From: a virus
Lineage: Duplodnaviria; Caudoviricetes
Strand: one strand, 5' to 3'
Length of the DNA stretch: 64,000 bases
IMG/VR virus record: IMGVR_UViG_3300017766_003232
Location: 24,922-88,921 of that record
The notes beneath the pieces are model-generated. The model was not told where the DNA came from, made no database searches, and saw only the letters and a list, made by a program, of their open reading frames with translations. The translations under genes and the position numbers were made by a program. This document shows, piece by piece, positions 25,884-36,971 of the stretch (position 1 is the first letter of the stretch; each line of letters begins with the position of its first letter).

Positions 25884-28328
25884 ATGGGTTCAGGACCAAC
25901 AGCTTCCTTAAAGATGCAAGGATTTATTAGTTTTCCAAGACAGAAATTATCTGATTCTGAAAAAAACGATCATTGGTATAGAAAAAATTTAGACTTTGCA
26001 GAAAACATTTTAGCATCTAATGTAGGGTTAAGAAATTCTTTTGCTAACAAAAGAACTAATTATAATCTACGTGCAAATTTAATTAATCCATTAGATTTCC
26101 AAAGATTTATAAATCCAGATCAATTAGATTTAGATACATTACCTGCTTCTTTTCAACATATAGGAATAGAAAATACAAAGATCAATTTGTTGGTTGGGGA
26201 ATATGCAAAAAGAAAAAATGATTTTCGTGCATACCTATCTGCAAATGATAAAGATGGAATTTCTAGAAAAGAACAAAAATTAAAAGACGAATTAGATGAA
26301 GAATTAATTGAAATAATTAAAAACACATCTATAACAGAAGAAGAAGTTGCAAAAAGATTAGAATCTTGGAAGCAATATCAATCATACGACTTTCAAGATA
26401 TTGCTGAGATTACAGCAAACAAAATTTTAAAGAAAGAATTTAAACAACAAAATTTAGATTTTGAATTCCTTAGAACATTTGAAGATCTATTAGTTGGAGG
26501 TGAAGAAATTGTTTATTGTGGTGTATTAGGTGGAGAACCTGTAATGCGTAGGGTAAATCCAGAAAACCTATTTACATTAGGTGGACAAACAATGAAAATT
26601 GAAGACAGTGATATTATAGTAGAATATGGATATAAATCTGTAGGACAAGTTATTGATGATTACTGGGATGAATTAGAAGAAGCAGATATTGAATTCTTAG
26701 AAACAGGAACAAATGCCAATACAACAAATGCAATTGGTTTAAATCAAAATATTTCTGTTCTTGATAGATTTGGAACTATTGATGGTTTAAATATTTTCAA
26801 ACCAAATGAGATGGGTGCTCGTACATTTGCAGGAGCATTTGATTCAAGAGGAAATGTTCGTGTAATGAAAGTATGTTGGAGATCTCGTAGAAAGATTGGT
26901 AAACTTAAATACTTTGATGAAGATGGGCAAGAACAATACGATTATGTTCCAGAAGATTATAAAGTTAAAAAAGATTTAGGTGAAGAAGTAAAATGGACTT
27001 GGGTAAATGAATGGTTACAAGGGACAAAAATTGCTGACAGTATTGTTGTTGCTACAGGTCCTGTTCCATTTGCATCTAAATCATTAGTAAACAAATCTAA
27101 AGGTACACCTCCTTATATTGGTTCTGTAAATTCTACTAACGATTATAAAGTACAATCGTTAATGGACATTATGAAACCATTAGCATATTCATATGATATT
27201 GCTTATTATAAACGTGAATTAGAAATTGCTACATACAAAGGTTCATTTGCAGCAATTAATGCTTCATTAGTTCCTTCTGGATGGGATCCAAAAGAATGGA
27301 TTCGTTATATGACTATTAATAAAATAGGTTTCTTAGATCCAACAAATGAGATTTTAAAAGGACCTTCTCAAGGTAAATCAGCAGGTGCATTTAATACACT
27401 TACTGCTACAAACATTAATATTGGTGATCCATCTGCAATTCAAATGTATACTAACTTATTGTTAGACATTGAAAATACAATGGGTAAAATTGCTGGTGTA
27501 ACACAAACAAGAGAAGGACAAATATCAAGTTCTCAAGCTGTAGGAAATACAGAAAGAGAAATGGCACAAACATCTCACATTACTGAAAAATGGTTTGCTA
27601 TAGATGCAAATTTCCGTAAACGTGCAATGACTAAGTTCTTAGAATGTTGTAAATATGCATATAAGAAAAATCCTAAAAAAGGATATTATATGTTAAATGA
27701 TATGGAGCAAGTATTGGTTGATAATTTTGATGAGTTTTGTATGTCAGAATTTGATGTTCATATTTCTAATTCTTCTGAAGATACTCAATTGTATCAAGAA
27801 ATTAAAGCATTATCTCAGGCAGCAATTCAAAATGGTCAAGCAAAAATTTCAGATCTTATTTCAATTGCTCAATCAGAATCTGTACAAGAAGTTCGTATTC
27901 GTCTTGAAAAATCTGCTAAAGAATTACAAGAGCAACAAGAGAAAATGAAACAAATGGATATTGAAGCTCAACAACAAAATGCTCAATTACAAGCTCAATC
28001 TGCTGAAGCACAACGTCAATGGGATGCTCAACAAAATCAATTAGATAGAGAAGTTGAATATGCAAAAATTGAATCTAATGAAAAGCTTTCTACTATAAAA
28101 GAATTAGGAGCACATACTCGCCATGAGGATATTCTAATGACACAAGATTTAAACAATAACAATAGAGCAGATTATTTAGATGATAAAAAGTTAACAATTG
28201 ATCAAGAACATAAGCAAAATAGTTTACAATTAGATCGTGAAAAACTAGATGAAAGTCGTAGAAAAGCAATGGCTGATGAACAAATAAAACGTGAACAATT
28301 GAAAAAACAAACATCTAAAGTTAACTAA
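25884..28328 (+). CDS. portal protein
   Basis: 814 aa directly after TerL; FPRQKL N-terminus, MRRVNP, Q-rich coiled-coil C-terminus as in crAss-like portals. Confidence 0.88.
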   Translation: MGSGPTASLKMQGFISFPRQKLSDSEKNDHWYRKNLDFAENILASNVGLRNSFANKRTNYNLRANLINPLDFQRFINPDQLDLDTLPASFQHIGIENTKINLLVGEYAKRKNDFRAYLSANDKDGISRKEQKLKDELDEELIEIIKNTSITEEEVAKRLESWKQYQSYDFQDIAEITANKILKKEFKQQNLDFEFLRTFEDLLVGGEEIVYCGVLGGEPVMRRVNPENLFTLGGQTMKIEDSDIIVEYGYKSVGQVIDDYWDELEEADIEFLETGTNANTTNAIGLNQNISVLDRFGTIDGLNIFKPNEMGARTFAGAFDSRGNVRVMKVCWRSRRKIGKLKYFDEDGQEQYDYVPEDYKVKKDLGEEVKWTWVNEWLQGTKIADSIVVATGPVPFASKSLVNKSKGTPPYIGSVNSTNDYKVQSLMDIMKPLAYSYDIAYYKRELEIATYKGSFAAINASLVPSGWDPKEWIRYMTINKIGFLDPTNEILKGPSQGKSAGAFNTLTATNINIGDPSAIQMYTNLLLDIENTMGKIAGVTQTREGQISSSQAVGNTEREMAQTSHITEKWFAIDANFRKRAMTKFLECCKYAYKKNPKKGYYMLNDMEQVLVDNFDEFCMSEFDVHISNSSEDTQLYQEIKALSQAAIQNGQAKISDLISIAQSESVQEVRIRLEKSAKELQEQQEKMKQMDIEAQQQNAQLQAQSAEAQRQWDAQQNQLDREVEYAKIESNEKLSTIKELGAHTRHEDILMTQDLNNNNRADYLDDKKLTIDQEHKQNSLQLDREKLDESRRKAMADEQIKREQLKKQTSKVN

Positions 28329-28427
28329 TTGCCTTAGAAGAATTAAAAATATAAAGTAATCTACCTAAAACATTTACGTAGATTGACAAAATAAATGTAA
28401 TATTGTAACTAATTAAAGACAGCAAAT

Positions 28428-29615
28428 ATGGATGGTTTATTCGAGGGACTTCAAATTATGACACCTCAAGAATTAGAATCTAACATTGGTAATGGGAGTT
28501 CCAACGCAGAAGATTCACCAGTAGAAACTACAGACTCAAACGATGGATTTGTTATTACTAATCCTTCATTAGAAAATCCTGTAGAAGATAATGATAAAGA
28601 AGAAGAAGAAATAGTTGATTCAAAAACAGTAAAACCTGTTTCAACAGAATCAAATACTTTATCTTCAGATGGGAAAGAAAAAGTTTATAAAGCATTGATG
28701 AAAGAAATGGTAGAGAATGGAATTCTTACTATTGAACAACAAGAAATGCTAGATGAATTACCAGGTACATTGGATTCTATTAAATCCGTTTTAGAAGAAA
28801 CAGTTTCTAAAAAAATGGAAAAGAAACAAGAAGCTTGGAAAAATAGTTTATCAAAAGAAAAAAGAAGGTTCTTAGAAATTGAGGATGCTTTTGATTCAGA
28901 AGATTTAGCTATTAATATGGCTCAACGATTAGAGTTCTTTGATACAATTGATGAAGATTTATTGAGTGACAATGTAGATTTGCAAAAACAAATTTATTTT
29001 GAATCATTAAAAGCAAAAGGTTTTTCAGACGAAGAAGCAAATGAAAAAGTACAAGATGCTGATGATTTAGGTAAGTTAGATAAGGAAGCAATCAAAGCAT
29101 TACCTCAATTAAAGAAACAAGCAACTGATGTTGTGAATTCTGCTAGAACAGAAAAGATTCGCAAAACAGAAGAACAAAAAGAGCAATATAATTTGCAGTT
29201 TGAAAATTTAATGAAAACTATTGATACAAAAGAATCATTTATTGATGGTATTAATTTAAATAAAATTGCAAAAGATAAACTTAAAGATAATATTGTAAAA
29301 CCTATTCATACAGATGAAAGTGGAAAGACATATACATCTTTAATGTATAAACAAAAACAAAATGCTGCTGAATTTGAAATGTTAATTAACTACTATGATT
29401 CTATAGGATTATTTAATATGGATAAATCAGGAAATTTTAAACCAGATATTTCAAAACTTAAAGCTGTTGCAAAAACAAAAGCTGTAAATGAAATAGATAA
29501 AATAATTGCTGCTGATAATGAGAGAGGTGTTGGTAGAAACACATCATTAGATGCATCTGATAAGCAAAAAGGAATTTTTGATTTATTAGAAAGAGCAATG
29601 GGTAGTAAAAAATAA
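28428..29615 (+). CDS. putative scaffolding/capsid assembly protein
   Basis: acidic, helical 395 aa protein between portal and MCP. Confidence 0.65.
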   Translation: MDGLFEGLQIMTPQELESNIGNGSSNAEDSPVETTDSNDGFVITNPSLENPVEDNDKEEEEIVDSKTVKPVSTESNTLSSDGKEKVYKALMKEMVENGILTIEQQEMLDELPGTLDSIKSVLEETVSKKMEKKQEAWKNSLSKEKRRFLEIEDAFDSEDLAINMAQRLEFFDTIDEDLLSDNVDLQKQIYFESLKAKGFSDEEANEKVQDADDLGKLDKEAIKALPQLKKQATDVVNSARTEKIRKTEEQKEQYNLQFENLMKTIDTKESFIDGINLNKIAKDKLKDNIVKPIHTDESGKTYTSLMYKQKQNAAEFEMLINYYDSIGLFNMDKSGNFKPDISKLKAVAKTKAVNEIDKIIAADNERGVGRNTSLDASDKQKGIFDLLERAMGSKK

Positions 29616-29649
29616 ATTATTCGTTTAACAATAAAAAACAAAAAACAAA

Positions 29650-31158
29650 ATGGCACAATTACTTCCATTACAAAAGTATGAAGCTACAAGTTACAATGGA
29701 TTGGTTACAGATAACCATTTCCATGCATTGTATCAGCAAAAGCCAGAGTTAATTAGTCAAGTAATCCGAGAGATATACAAAACTAATTTACAAGGTAAAT
29801 TACGTGAATTCGTAGATCGTTTTCCAGTAAAAGAAGTAGAACAAGAAAATGGTTTCTACAACTGGATGTTACAAGGTCAACATGACAAAAACTTACCATT
29901 AGCTGATGCTGAAACTGCATCTGGAGCTTCTATCTCTGCTGGGACATTCCCATCAAACATTGGAGCAAATGGTGAGAGATTCTATTTGATCTTTGATGAG
30001 CCTTTATTTGAGGAGTCTAACGTATTAAAAGGTGAAAATGATGCTTACCATTACTTAGTGAAAAAAGCAATGGATGCAGGTTCTCGTTACAAATACGAAG
30101 TTGAATTAGTTACATCTAATGCAATTACATCTGTTCCTTCTGAAGAATTGGCTATCGGTATCCGTTTTGCGAAATTCTATTCTTTAAGTCCTTCTACTTT
30201 ATCTTACCAAGGTTCTAAACCTTATTTCACTTCTCCTTGGAGAATGGAAAACAGACCATCTACTTTACGTATGCAATACGAAGTTGCTGGTAACACAATT
30301 AACAAAGGTGGAAATGAGCCATTAGAATTCGGTTTCTCTTACAAAGGGCAACAAGAAAAAATGTGGATCAACTACCAAGATTTAGTTGCTCACCACCAAT
30401 GTGAAGAAATGTTCGCAAGAATGTTGGTTTATGGTAAGAAAAACTGGACTGCTGATCACCAATACTTGAACAAAGACGATAAGACGAAATATGCTATCGA
30501 ATCAGGTGCTGGATTCTTTGATCAAGTTGCTCCATCTAACGTTCACTACTACAACTCTTATGACCTTGATTGGCATTTAGGATTGTTATTAGACATGGGT
30601 GTTGGTAAAATTGAAAGAGGTAAACGTGTTATCCACTTGTTAACAGGTGAGTTTGGTGCGATTGAAATCTCTAAACAAATTCAAGCTAAATCAGGTAAAA
30701 ACGTAACAATCGTTTCTGATAAATTCTTGACTTACAACTCTCAAGCAGGTAACATCGGTGGTGGAAACACTAAAGGTGCAATGGAACCTCAGTTTAACAT
30801 CTACGAATGGTACAATGGTGTTGTAATCAAAGTTGAAATCTTAGATTTCTTTGATGACAATGTTTACTTCCCTCAACAACATCCTGATGGATTAGGTTTA
30901 GTTGAATCTCACAGAATCTTAGCATTAGATTATGGCGAGGAAGCAGGTATCTACAAAGTTAAACCTAAAGGAGTTCCTGATTACAACTGGGGTTATATCC
31001 CAGGTATGAGAGATCCATTTACTCCTGGTGGTAAAGGACAACCAAAAATGATTGCATCTCCAATTGATGGGTACGAAGTACACTTACAAAAATGGGGTGG
31101 TATGATGGTTGAAGATCCAACTAAAATTGTTGACTTACGTTTGTCAGTTAGCAAATAA
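29650..31158 (+). CDS. major capsid protein
   Basis: 502 aa, strongly biased codon usage, crAss-like gene order, followed by a terminator. Confidence 0.88.
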   Translation: MAQLLPLQKYEATSYNGLVTDNHFHALYQQKPELISQVIREIYKTNLQGKLREFVDRFPVKEVEQENGFYNWMLQGQHDKNLPLADAETASGASISAGTFPSNIGANGERFYLIFDEPLFEESNVLKGENDAYHYLVKKAMDAGSRYKYEVELVTSNAITSVPSEELAIGIRFAKFYSLSPSTLSYQGSKPYFTSPWRMENRPSTLRMQYEVAGNTINKGGNEPLEFGFSYKGQQEKMWINYQDLVAHHQCEEMFARMLVYGKKNWTADHQYLNKDDKTKYAIESGAGFFDQVAPSNVHYYNSYDLDWHLGLLLDMGVGKIERGKRVIHLLTGEFGAIEISKQIQAKSGKNVTIVSDKFLTYNSQAGNIGGGNTKGAMEPQFNIYEWYNGVVIKVEILDFFDDNVYFPQQHPDGLGLVESHRILALDYGEEAGIYKVKPKGVPDYNWGYIPGMRDPFTPGGKGQPKMIASPIDGYEVHLQKWGGMMVEDPTKIVDLRLSVSK

Positions 31159-31166
31159 AAATAAAA

Positions 31167-31199
31167 AGTCCCTCGGAGCAAAATCTGAGGGACTATTTT
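31167..31199 (+). terminator. intrinsic terminator after MCP
   Basis: AGTCCCTCGG / CTGAGGGACT stem followed by ATTTT. Confidence 0.75.
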
Positions 31200-31242
31200 A
31201 AAAACTTTGTTTACTTTTGTGTAAATAGAAAATTAGTATAAA

Positions 31243-32202
31243 TTGGGAGAAAAAATACAAAAAATGAAAGAGACAGCAATAGAAGAAAAAATAGTTTATG
31301 GTTCTTTTTTAAGAGATGAAATTGTATCAGTAAAAGCAGTTCCATCTTCAGGAAAATGGTCAAATCTATTAGTAGCAGGACAGGACAATAAAAAAGATCC
31401 GTTTATCTACAATAAAGTGAAAAGAAGTTACCAAGTACCATTACGTAATTACAGAAATGGTGGAGGTGTTGAAATCATTTTGGATGATCAACGTAGAGTT
31501 TACATTCAAAAATATATGCATACATTCCCTGATGGAATGACAGAAAAAGAGTTCTTTGAAAAAGAAATAGGTGTTAATTTAAATCCAAATCTACCAAAAG
31601 ATGAAAACTTCTGGAGAATAGATGGTAGAGGTCGTGTAACATTAGATAAAGAAGGTGTTAAGTTAAACTTAAACAATGCTTTAGATATGTTGAAATATAA
31701 AATCTTATTATCAAATACATCTTTGATTGCTCCTTCTTATGAAGAAAAAGATTTAAAAGCAACATATGAATTTATGTTAGTTGACGAAGGTAAATTAACA
31801 AGTAAAAGAGTTGAAGAAGCAGGAATCAAAGCCAAAGCGTTTACTCAATATTCTATTATCACAGCTACTAAAGAAAAGATGATAGGGTTTATTAAAGCGT
31901 TAGGTAGAGTAATTCCTTCTACAGCAACTGAAGATTGGTTAAAGTCTGAAATCTTTACTGAAGTAGAAAAAAGTCCAGCAAATTTTTTATCAATTATTGA
32001 GCATCCTCAATACCAAGCTAAAATTTTTGTGCAGAATGCAATTGATGCTGGAGCAATTTTGAAAAAAGGAGATAGAAGATATACATTAGATAATGGTGTA
32101 GAATTAGGAGATTTAGCTGATGTAATTAATTACTTAGGAAATCCTGAAAACCAAGAAACAAAATTGAGAATAAAAGCAAGAATTGAACTTGCAAAAAAAT
32201 AA
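31243..32202 (+). CDS. conserved crAss-like morphogenesis-region protein
   Basis: 319 aa ORF after MCP (likely ATG start at 31264). Confidence 0.7.
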   Translation: MGEKIQKMKETAIEEKIVYGSFLRDEIVSVKAVPSSGKWSNLLVAGQDNKKDPFIYNKVKRSYQVPLRNYRNGGGVEIILDDQRRVYIQKYMHTFPDGMTEKEFFEKEIGVNLNPNLPKDENFWRIDGRGRVTLDKEGVKLNLNNALDMLKYKILLSNTSLIAPSYEEKDLKATYEFMLVDEGKLTSKRVEEAGIKAKAFTQYSIITATKEKMIGFIKALGRVIPSTATEDWLKSEIFTEVEKSPANFLSIIEHPQYQAKIFVQNAIDAGAILKKGDRRYTLDNGVELGDLADVINYLGNPENQETKLRIKARIELAKK

Positions 32203-32219
32203 TATTTAAGTAAACTGCA

Positions 32220-32975
32220 ATGAGTTGGAATGCAAATAAAATGGCTGATGAATTAGAATTAAGACTTGACAGAAGTGATAGTTTTGGTTCTCCTGGATAC
32301 GAAGATTTTGAAATATCTTCTATTCTAACAGAAGCTCAAGATGTTTACGTTAAACAATTTATTAGTGAATTAAATAATAGAAAAGGAGAAGGTTTTGAAG
32401 AAACTGAAATACGAAATCAGGGATTAAGTGCCCTTTTAAAAAGGGGTGCTAATCTTTCGGTTTCAGCAAATCAAACAGATGCATTAACGAATGCAAAATT
32501 ATTTGACCTACCTTTAGACTTTATGTATTGTACTTATGAGGAAGTATTGACTGACAAAAATATGTGTGGAACAACTACTCCAATAAATGCAAATGTAAAA
32601 GTAAAAGGGGAAAATGAATTAAACAGATTATTTAGAAATAAGTATCAAAGACCTTATTGTAAATATGATGAAGCTTTAGTTTGGAGGTTGACTTATTCAA
32701 GAGAAGTAGATGGCTCATTACCTTCTGCTCCTGCTACGAATAAAAGACATCAAATAATTACAGATGGTACATTTAATGTAATTAACTATTCAATTAATTA
32801 TCTTAAAAATCCTTCTGAAATTGTTGTTGACAGAAATACTCCTGCAAATCAATTAAACTGCATCTTAGATGCTTCAACACATACTGTAATAGTTGATATG
32901 GCAGTTGGGTTAATGATGAGTAGAGTAAAAGAACAAAGAGTAATTAATGGTCAAAGTGCCAAAGATTTAGAATAA
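32220..32975 (+). CDS. tail ring / head-tail connector protein
   Basis: EISSILTEAQ...YLKNP...ILD...HTVIVDMAV pattern of crAss-like ring proteins. Confidence 0.65.
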   Translation: MSWNANKMADELELRLDRSDSFGSPGYEDFEISSILTEAQDVYVKQFISELNNRKGEGFEETEIRNQGLSALLKRGANLSVSANQTDALTNAKLFDLPLDFMYCTYEEVLTDKNMCGTTTPINANVKVKGENELNRLFRNKYQRPYCKYDEALVWRLTYSREVDGSLPSAPATNKRHQIITDGTFNVINYSINYLKNPSEIVVDRNTPANQLNCILDASTHTVIVDMAVGLMMSRVKEQRVINGQSAKDLE

Positions 32976-33002
32976 ATAGTAATAATTAAAAATTAAACCA
33001 AA

Positions 33003-34310
33003 ATGAGTTTAAGAAAAAACAATAACATCACTATGGCTTTGGTAGGTAAAGCAAGTGTGTTAACTTCAAGTTTACCTGCTGTTGGTGCACAAGTAACACC
33101 AGCTAATTTACCAATCGGTGCATTGGTATTGACAGACTTATCTAATAGAAGAATTTCTTCTTTAACGACAGGTCAAGATTTTATAATTGTTCAAGGAAAT
33201 GGTTCTGACAAACCTTTGTTGAAAACACCTATCTTGAATGAAGCTAGAATCAAAAAAACTGTTGGTGCTCACAGAGCTGCAAAACAACAAATTACAACAA
33301 TCGGTTTTGATCCTACATTAAACACAGGTTCTTTACCAGTAGCAAATTCGACTTCTTACTCAATCAAAATCCGTAAAAACGATAATGATTCTGCTAACCA
33401 GTCTCAACCAATGCCATTATCTGTTCAGTTTAAAACTGATTCTACAGGTACGCAAAAAGAATTAGCATTTGGTTTAGCTTACTATGGTAACTTAAACTTT
33501 GCTGATGAATTAGGAAATGGTTACTTAAAATTTGATGTAGTTTGTAACGCTGCAGGTTCTGCATTAGGAGCTGCTCCAGATACAGTTGTTGGTCTTGCAG
33601 GAAGCAAAACATTAACTTTAACTGACACAGGTGCTAACAACTCTATGTTTGCTGTTGCAGTTGGAGATTTAGTTAGAATTGGTACTGCTACTTCTGCTGA
33701 GATTTTCTTAGTAAAAGCATCTACTGCTACTTCTACTGCTGGTGGTGTTTTAACTTTAGATCGTCCATTAAAAGCTGATGTATCTTTATTAGGAACAACT
33801 GCTTACTTCATTACTGCTGCTGCTGCTGCAACTGCTAACTTTGGTTTAAGAATTACAGGTATTGAAAACAAATTTGATGTTACAAAATTCCGTAACTACT
33901 ATGCAAATAGATTTTCTGTTACTTTCTCTGATTCTTCTACGCAAGTTACAAAAGTACAAGGTGCATTTGATGGTGTGGGTGTATGGCAAAAAGTTGCTCT
34001 TGATGAGTACATGACTTACGGATTTGAAGGTCAAAACACAGTTATGGATACTCCAGCAACTCCTCGTTACCAATTTGTTCAATCATCTGCAACTTCTGGT
34101 TCAATTGATACAAACAAATATTCTGCTTACCAAATCGAATGGGTAGAAGATGTAAGAGGTTTAGTTTCTGTAGTTCCTGCAAAAGGTTCTGTAATTCTTT
34201 ACTTGAACTTGGATCAAACTACTTTAGGTGTAGTTCCATCTACTGCTGCTGAAGCTGCATTAGTTACTGCACTTGGAGGAACAGTTTCAGACTTTACTCA
34301 GTTGAGCTAA
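33003..34310 (+). CDS. abundant virion protein (auxiliary capsid protein-like)
   Basis: Ala/Gly/Thr-rich, MCP-like codon bias, own terminator. Confidence 0.65.
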   Translation: MSLRKNNNITMALVGKASVLTSSLPAVGAQVTPANLPIGALVLTDLSNRRISSLTTGQDFIIVQGNGSDKPLLKTPILNEARIKKTVGAHRAAKQQITTIGFDPTLNTGSLPVANSTSYSIKIRKNDNDSANQSQPMPLSVQFKTDSTGTQKELAFGLAYYGNLNFADELGNGYLKFDVVCNAAGSALGAAPDTVVGLAGSKTLTLTDTGANNSMFAVAVGDLVRIGTATSAEIFLVKASTATSTAGGVLTLDRPLKADVSLLGTTAYFITAAAAATANFGLRITGIENKFDVTKFRNYYANRFSVTFSDSSTQVTKVQGAFDGVGVWQKVALDEYMTYGFEGQNTVMDTPATPRYQFVQSSATSGSIDTNKYSAYQIEWVEDVRGLVSVVPAKGSVILYLNLDQTTLGVVPSTAAEAALVTALGGTVSDFTQLS

Positions 34311-34325
34311 GATCTCCCAATATAT

Positions 34326-34373
34326 CAGTAGTTCGTCACTAATTTTGCTGTCAGTGGCGAACTATTGTTTTTT
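34326..34373 (+). terminator. intrinsic terminator
   Basis: CAGTAGTTCGTCACT / AGTGGCGAACTATTG stem (with G-U pairs) followed by a T-run. Confidence 0.85.
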
Positions 34374-34396
34374 ATTTATAAAGTTAAATTTTACAT

Positions 34397-35419
34397 ATGA
34401 AAATTTTAAAATTAAAAGATGGAGAAAACATTAAAGAAGATGCATATCAAATACAACTTTATAAAAGCATAAACGATGGAAATGTTTATTATGGAGATTT
34501 CAATGGTCAAAGAATACAGATAAATAATTCTGACACACCTGAAATAAGAAATGTATATTCTGATTTAATTGCAAATAATACTACATCATCAACAACATCA
34601 ATACTAGAATATGGTATTAATGTATTTTCTACTGCCACTTCTACAAACAATTCTTGTAAATTACCTCAACCTAAAACAGGAAGAAGTACTGTTATTGTAA
34701 ATAATACATCTAATTCTATACTTTTATTTCCATCTAATATTGGAGGTAAAATAAACAATTATGCTATTAATACTCCAGCTGTAATACCAGCAGATGGTAA
34801 ACCTTATACATTTGTATGTACTAAAAATCCATTGCCTGGTGAATGGACATGGGATGCTCCTTCAACAGGACAAATCCTTATAAGTGAAATTAGTATTAAT
34901 CATACTAATGGAACTCCATCAGGAGGTTATGGATATTCTACTGCAACTTTAGGTAGTGCTAGTGCTGTATTAGATGGATCATTGGCAAATATTGTATTAA
35001 CAGGAAATTGGTTAAGTGAAAACACACCAACTACTTTAATGAAAATGAAAACATATACAAATATTTTACCTACTGATTTATTAAACACCTCTATACCAAA
35101 CTCTATTCAGGTAGGTTTATATCAGGTTTTTAAACCTACAGCAACTACAATATCTTTTACTCCTCAAATTAATTCTGTATTTGGACCTGCTCCTAGCTTT
35201 TTTGCTCCTGTAGGAACATTAAATACTCCTGCTCAAGTAGGAGATACAGGTACTCATTACTCTATATTACCAGTTACTGTAGGAAACAATGGAACAACTG
35301 ATCAATTAGGTATAGGAGGTTTATATTCTAGAGCTTTTTATAATTTTGGTATTGGTATACCAGCAAGTGCAGCTACTAAACTATACAAGTTTAAAATTAT
35401 ACTAGAAGTTATACAATAA
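34397..35419 (+). CDS. fibre/decoration protein
   Basis: N-terminal LYKS..DG..YY.D.NG motif shared with fibres at 37268 and 39294; beta-rich. Confidence 0.6.
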   Translation: MKILKLKDGENIKEDAYQIQLYKSINDGNVYYGDFNGQRIQINNSDTPEIRNVYSDLIANNTTSSTTSILEYGINVFSTATSTNNSCKLPQPKTGRSTVIVNNTSNSILLFPSNIGGKINNYAINTPAVIPADGKPYTFVCTKNPLPGEWTWDAPSTGQILISEISINHTNGTPSGGYGYSTATLGSASAVLDGSLANIVLTGNWLSENTPTTLMKMKTYTNILPTDLLNTSIPNSIQVGLYQVFKPTATTISFTPQINSVFGPAPSFFAPVGTLNTPAQVGDTGTHYSILPVTVGNNGTTDQLGIGGLYSRAFYNFGIGIPASAATKLYKFKIILEVIQ

Positions 35420-35518
35420 GCATTATTAATTAAAAGATAAATCAATTTAATAAAACAATAATGAATATTATTGTTTTATTATTTTGTTTATATTTGTAAA
35501 AAAATAAAATTTATACAA

Positions 35519-36124
35519 ATGGCACTTATTCCAAAAATATCAATAAATATTAAAAATACTTGTAACAAAATTGATGTTTGGGAAAAAACAGATCCTTATA
35601 ACGCATCTACTAATCTAGGTGGTTGGGGAGTTCCTAATATCGATACATCATATTTCGATGATGCTGATATTAAGATATATGATTTATCGAACAATTTGGT
35701 TCAAACAATCATGATGCGTGATAACGGAACAAATGTATATAGTGGTCTTATAGGTGCACCAACTCCTTCTACATTTAAAGCATACTCTGATATAAATTGG
35801 TCACAATTAGATGGTGTATATAAGATTGTATACACAATTATTGATGAAGATAATGTTACGTATACAAATGATAGTCAATATGTATTATTCACATGTAATT
35901 TATGTAATTGTTTAGACAATTTAATAATTAAGATGTCAGCAATGTGTTCTGGTGAAAAACTTACAAAATATAAAGAAGTTGTAGATCAATTAGAAATTTT
36001 CAAATATGGTATTGAAACTGCATTTGCAAATTGTGATTTTACAAAGGCAACTGCGTTATTAGAAAATGCATCAACATTATGTACTACATTTTCTGATTGT
36101 GGATGTGGTTGCGATGATTGTTAA
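35519..36124 (+). CDS. tail hub-like structural protein with Cys-rich C-terminus
   Basis: ATG at 35519 downstream of a TATATTTG box; ends LCTTFSDCGCGCDDC. Confidence 0.6.
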   Translation: MALIPKISINIKNTCNKIDVWEKTDPYNASTNLGGWGVPNIDTSYFDDADIKIYDLSNNLVQTIMMRDNGTNVYSGLIGAPTPSTFKAYSDINWSQLDGVYKIVYTIIDEDNVTYTNDSQYVLFTCNLCNCLDNLIIKMSAMCSGEKLTKYKEVVDQLEIFKYGIETAFANCDFTKATALLENASTLCTTFSDCGCGCDDC

Positions 36125-36150
36125 TTAATTGATTTTTAAAATATTATAAT

Positions 36151-36969
36151 ATGTGTAATTGTGATGATTGCGGTGGAATAACGCTGTTTAAAGGACAAAA
36201 AGGAGATACTGGAGCAACAGGTGCAACTGGAGCAACAGGATTGAATGGTGCTAATGGTGCTAATGGTACTGATGGAACTAATGGAATACATGGTGGCTTT
36301 TCATCAAATTGGTTATTTTCAACATCTATTACATCAACTTATCCTACTTCAACTTTTTTAAAATTTGATAGTACTACATATAGTGCTGTAACAAATATTA
36401 AAGTAAATGTTTCAAACATAGATAACACTAATATGACTAATTTCTTAAATTCATTTAAGAATACAATCAATAGTGTTAATAACTATGGTTTAATTAGAAT
36501 ATATGAAAGTATAGATTCTAATACTTTTTGGATGGGTAAAATAACATCTGTAAATGCTTTAGATGCTACTACTTTTAATATTGGAGTAGAGCACATACAA
36601 TCTAATGGAACATTTTTAAATACAGATAGTATAATTGTTGATTTTACCCCATTTGGTACAATATCTAGTACAAAAACAACTGTGTTAGCAATAGGTTCTT
36701 GGGATATGTTAACATCTGCAACTAAAGTATTAACACATGGATTAGTTGGTTCTGATATTATATCTGTAACAGGAATTTTAAGAAATGATGCTGTAGATGC
36801 TTATTACCCTATTCCTTATAGTTCACTTTCAAATAGTATAGATTTATATATATCATCAATTGATAACACATCAATAACATTGATAACAAAAACAGGTAGT
36901 ATTTTTCAATCTTCTAACTTCAATGAATCAGCAATGAATAGAGGTTATATAACAATTATAACTCGTTAA
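36151..36969 (+). CDS. collagen-repeat fibre protein
   Basis: G-X-Y run GQKGDTGATGATGATGLNGANGANGTDGTNG. Confidence 0.75.
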   Translation: MCNCDDCGGITLFKGQKGDTGATGATGATGLNGANGANGTDGTNGIHGGFSSNWLFSTSITSTYPTSTFLKFDSTTYSAVTNIKVNVSNIDNTNMTNFLNSFKNTINSVNNYGLIRIYESIDSNTFWMGKITSVNALDATTFNIGVEHIQSNGTFLNTDSIIVDFTPFGTISSTKTTVLAIGSWDMLTSATKVLTHGLVGSDIISVTGILRNDAVDAYYPIPYSSLSNSIDLYISSIDNTSITLITKTGSIFQSSNFNESAMNRGYITIITR

Positions 36970-36971
36970 TT

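Noticed and set aside
8381-31158. Inteins or self-splicing introns in PolB, TerL, portal or MCP
   Set aside because: ORFs are continuous and of normal length, with no intein splice motifs or embedded homing endonuclease evident
36196-36290. GGAGCAACAGG / GGTGCTAAT DNA repeats as a repeat element
   Set aside because: Fully explained by the collagen G-X-Y coding repeat
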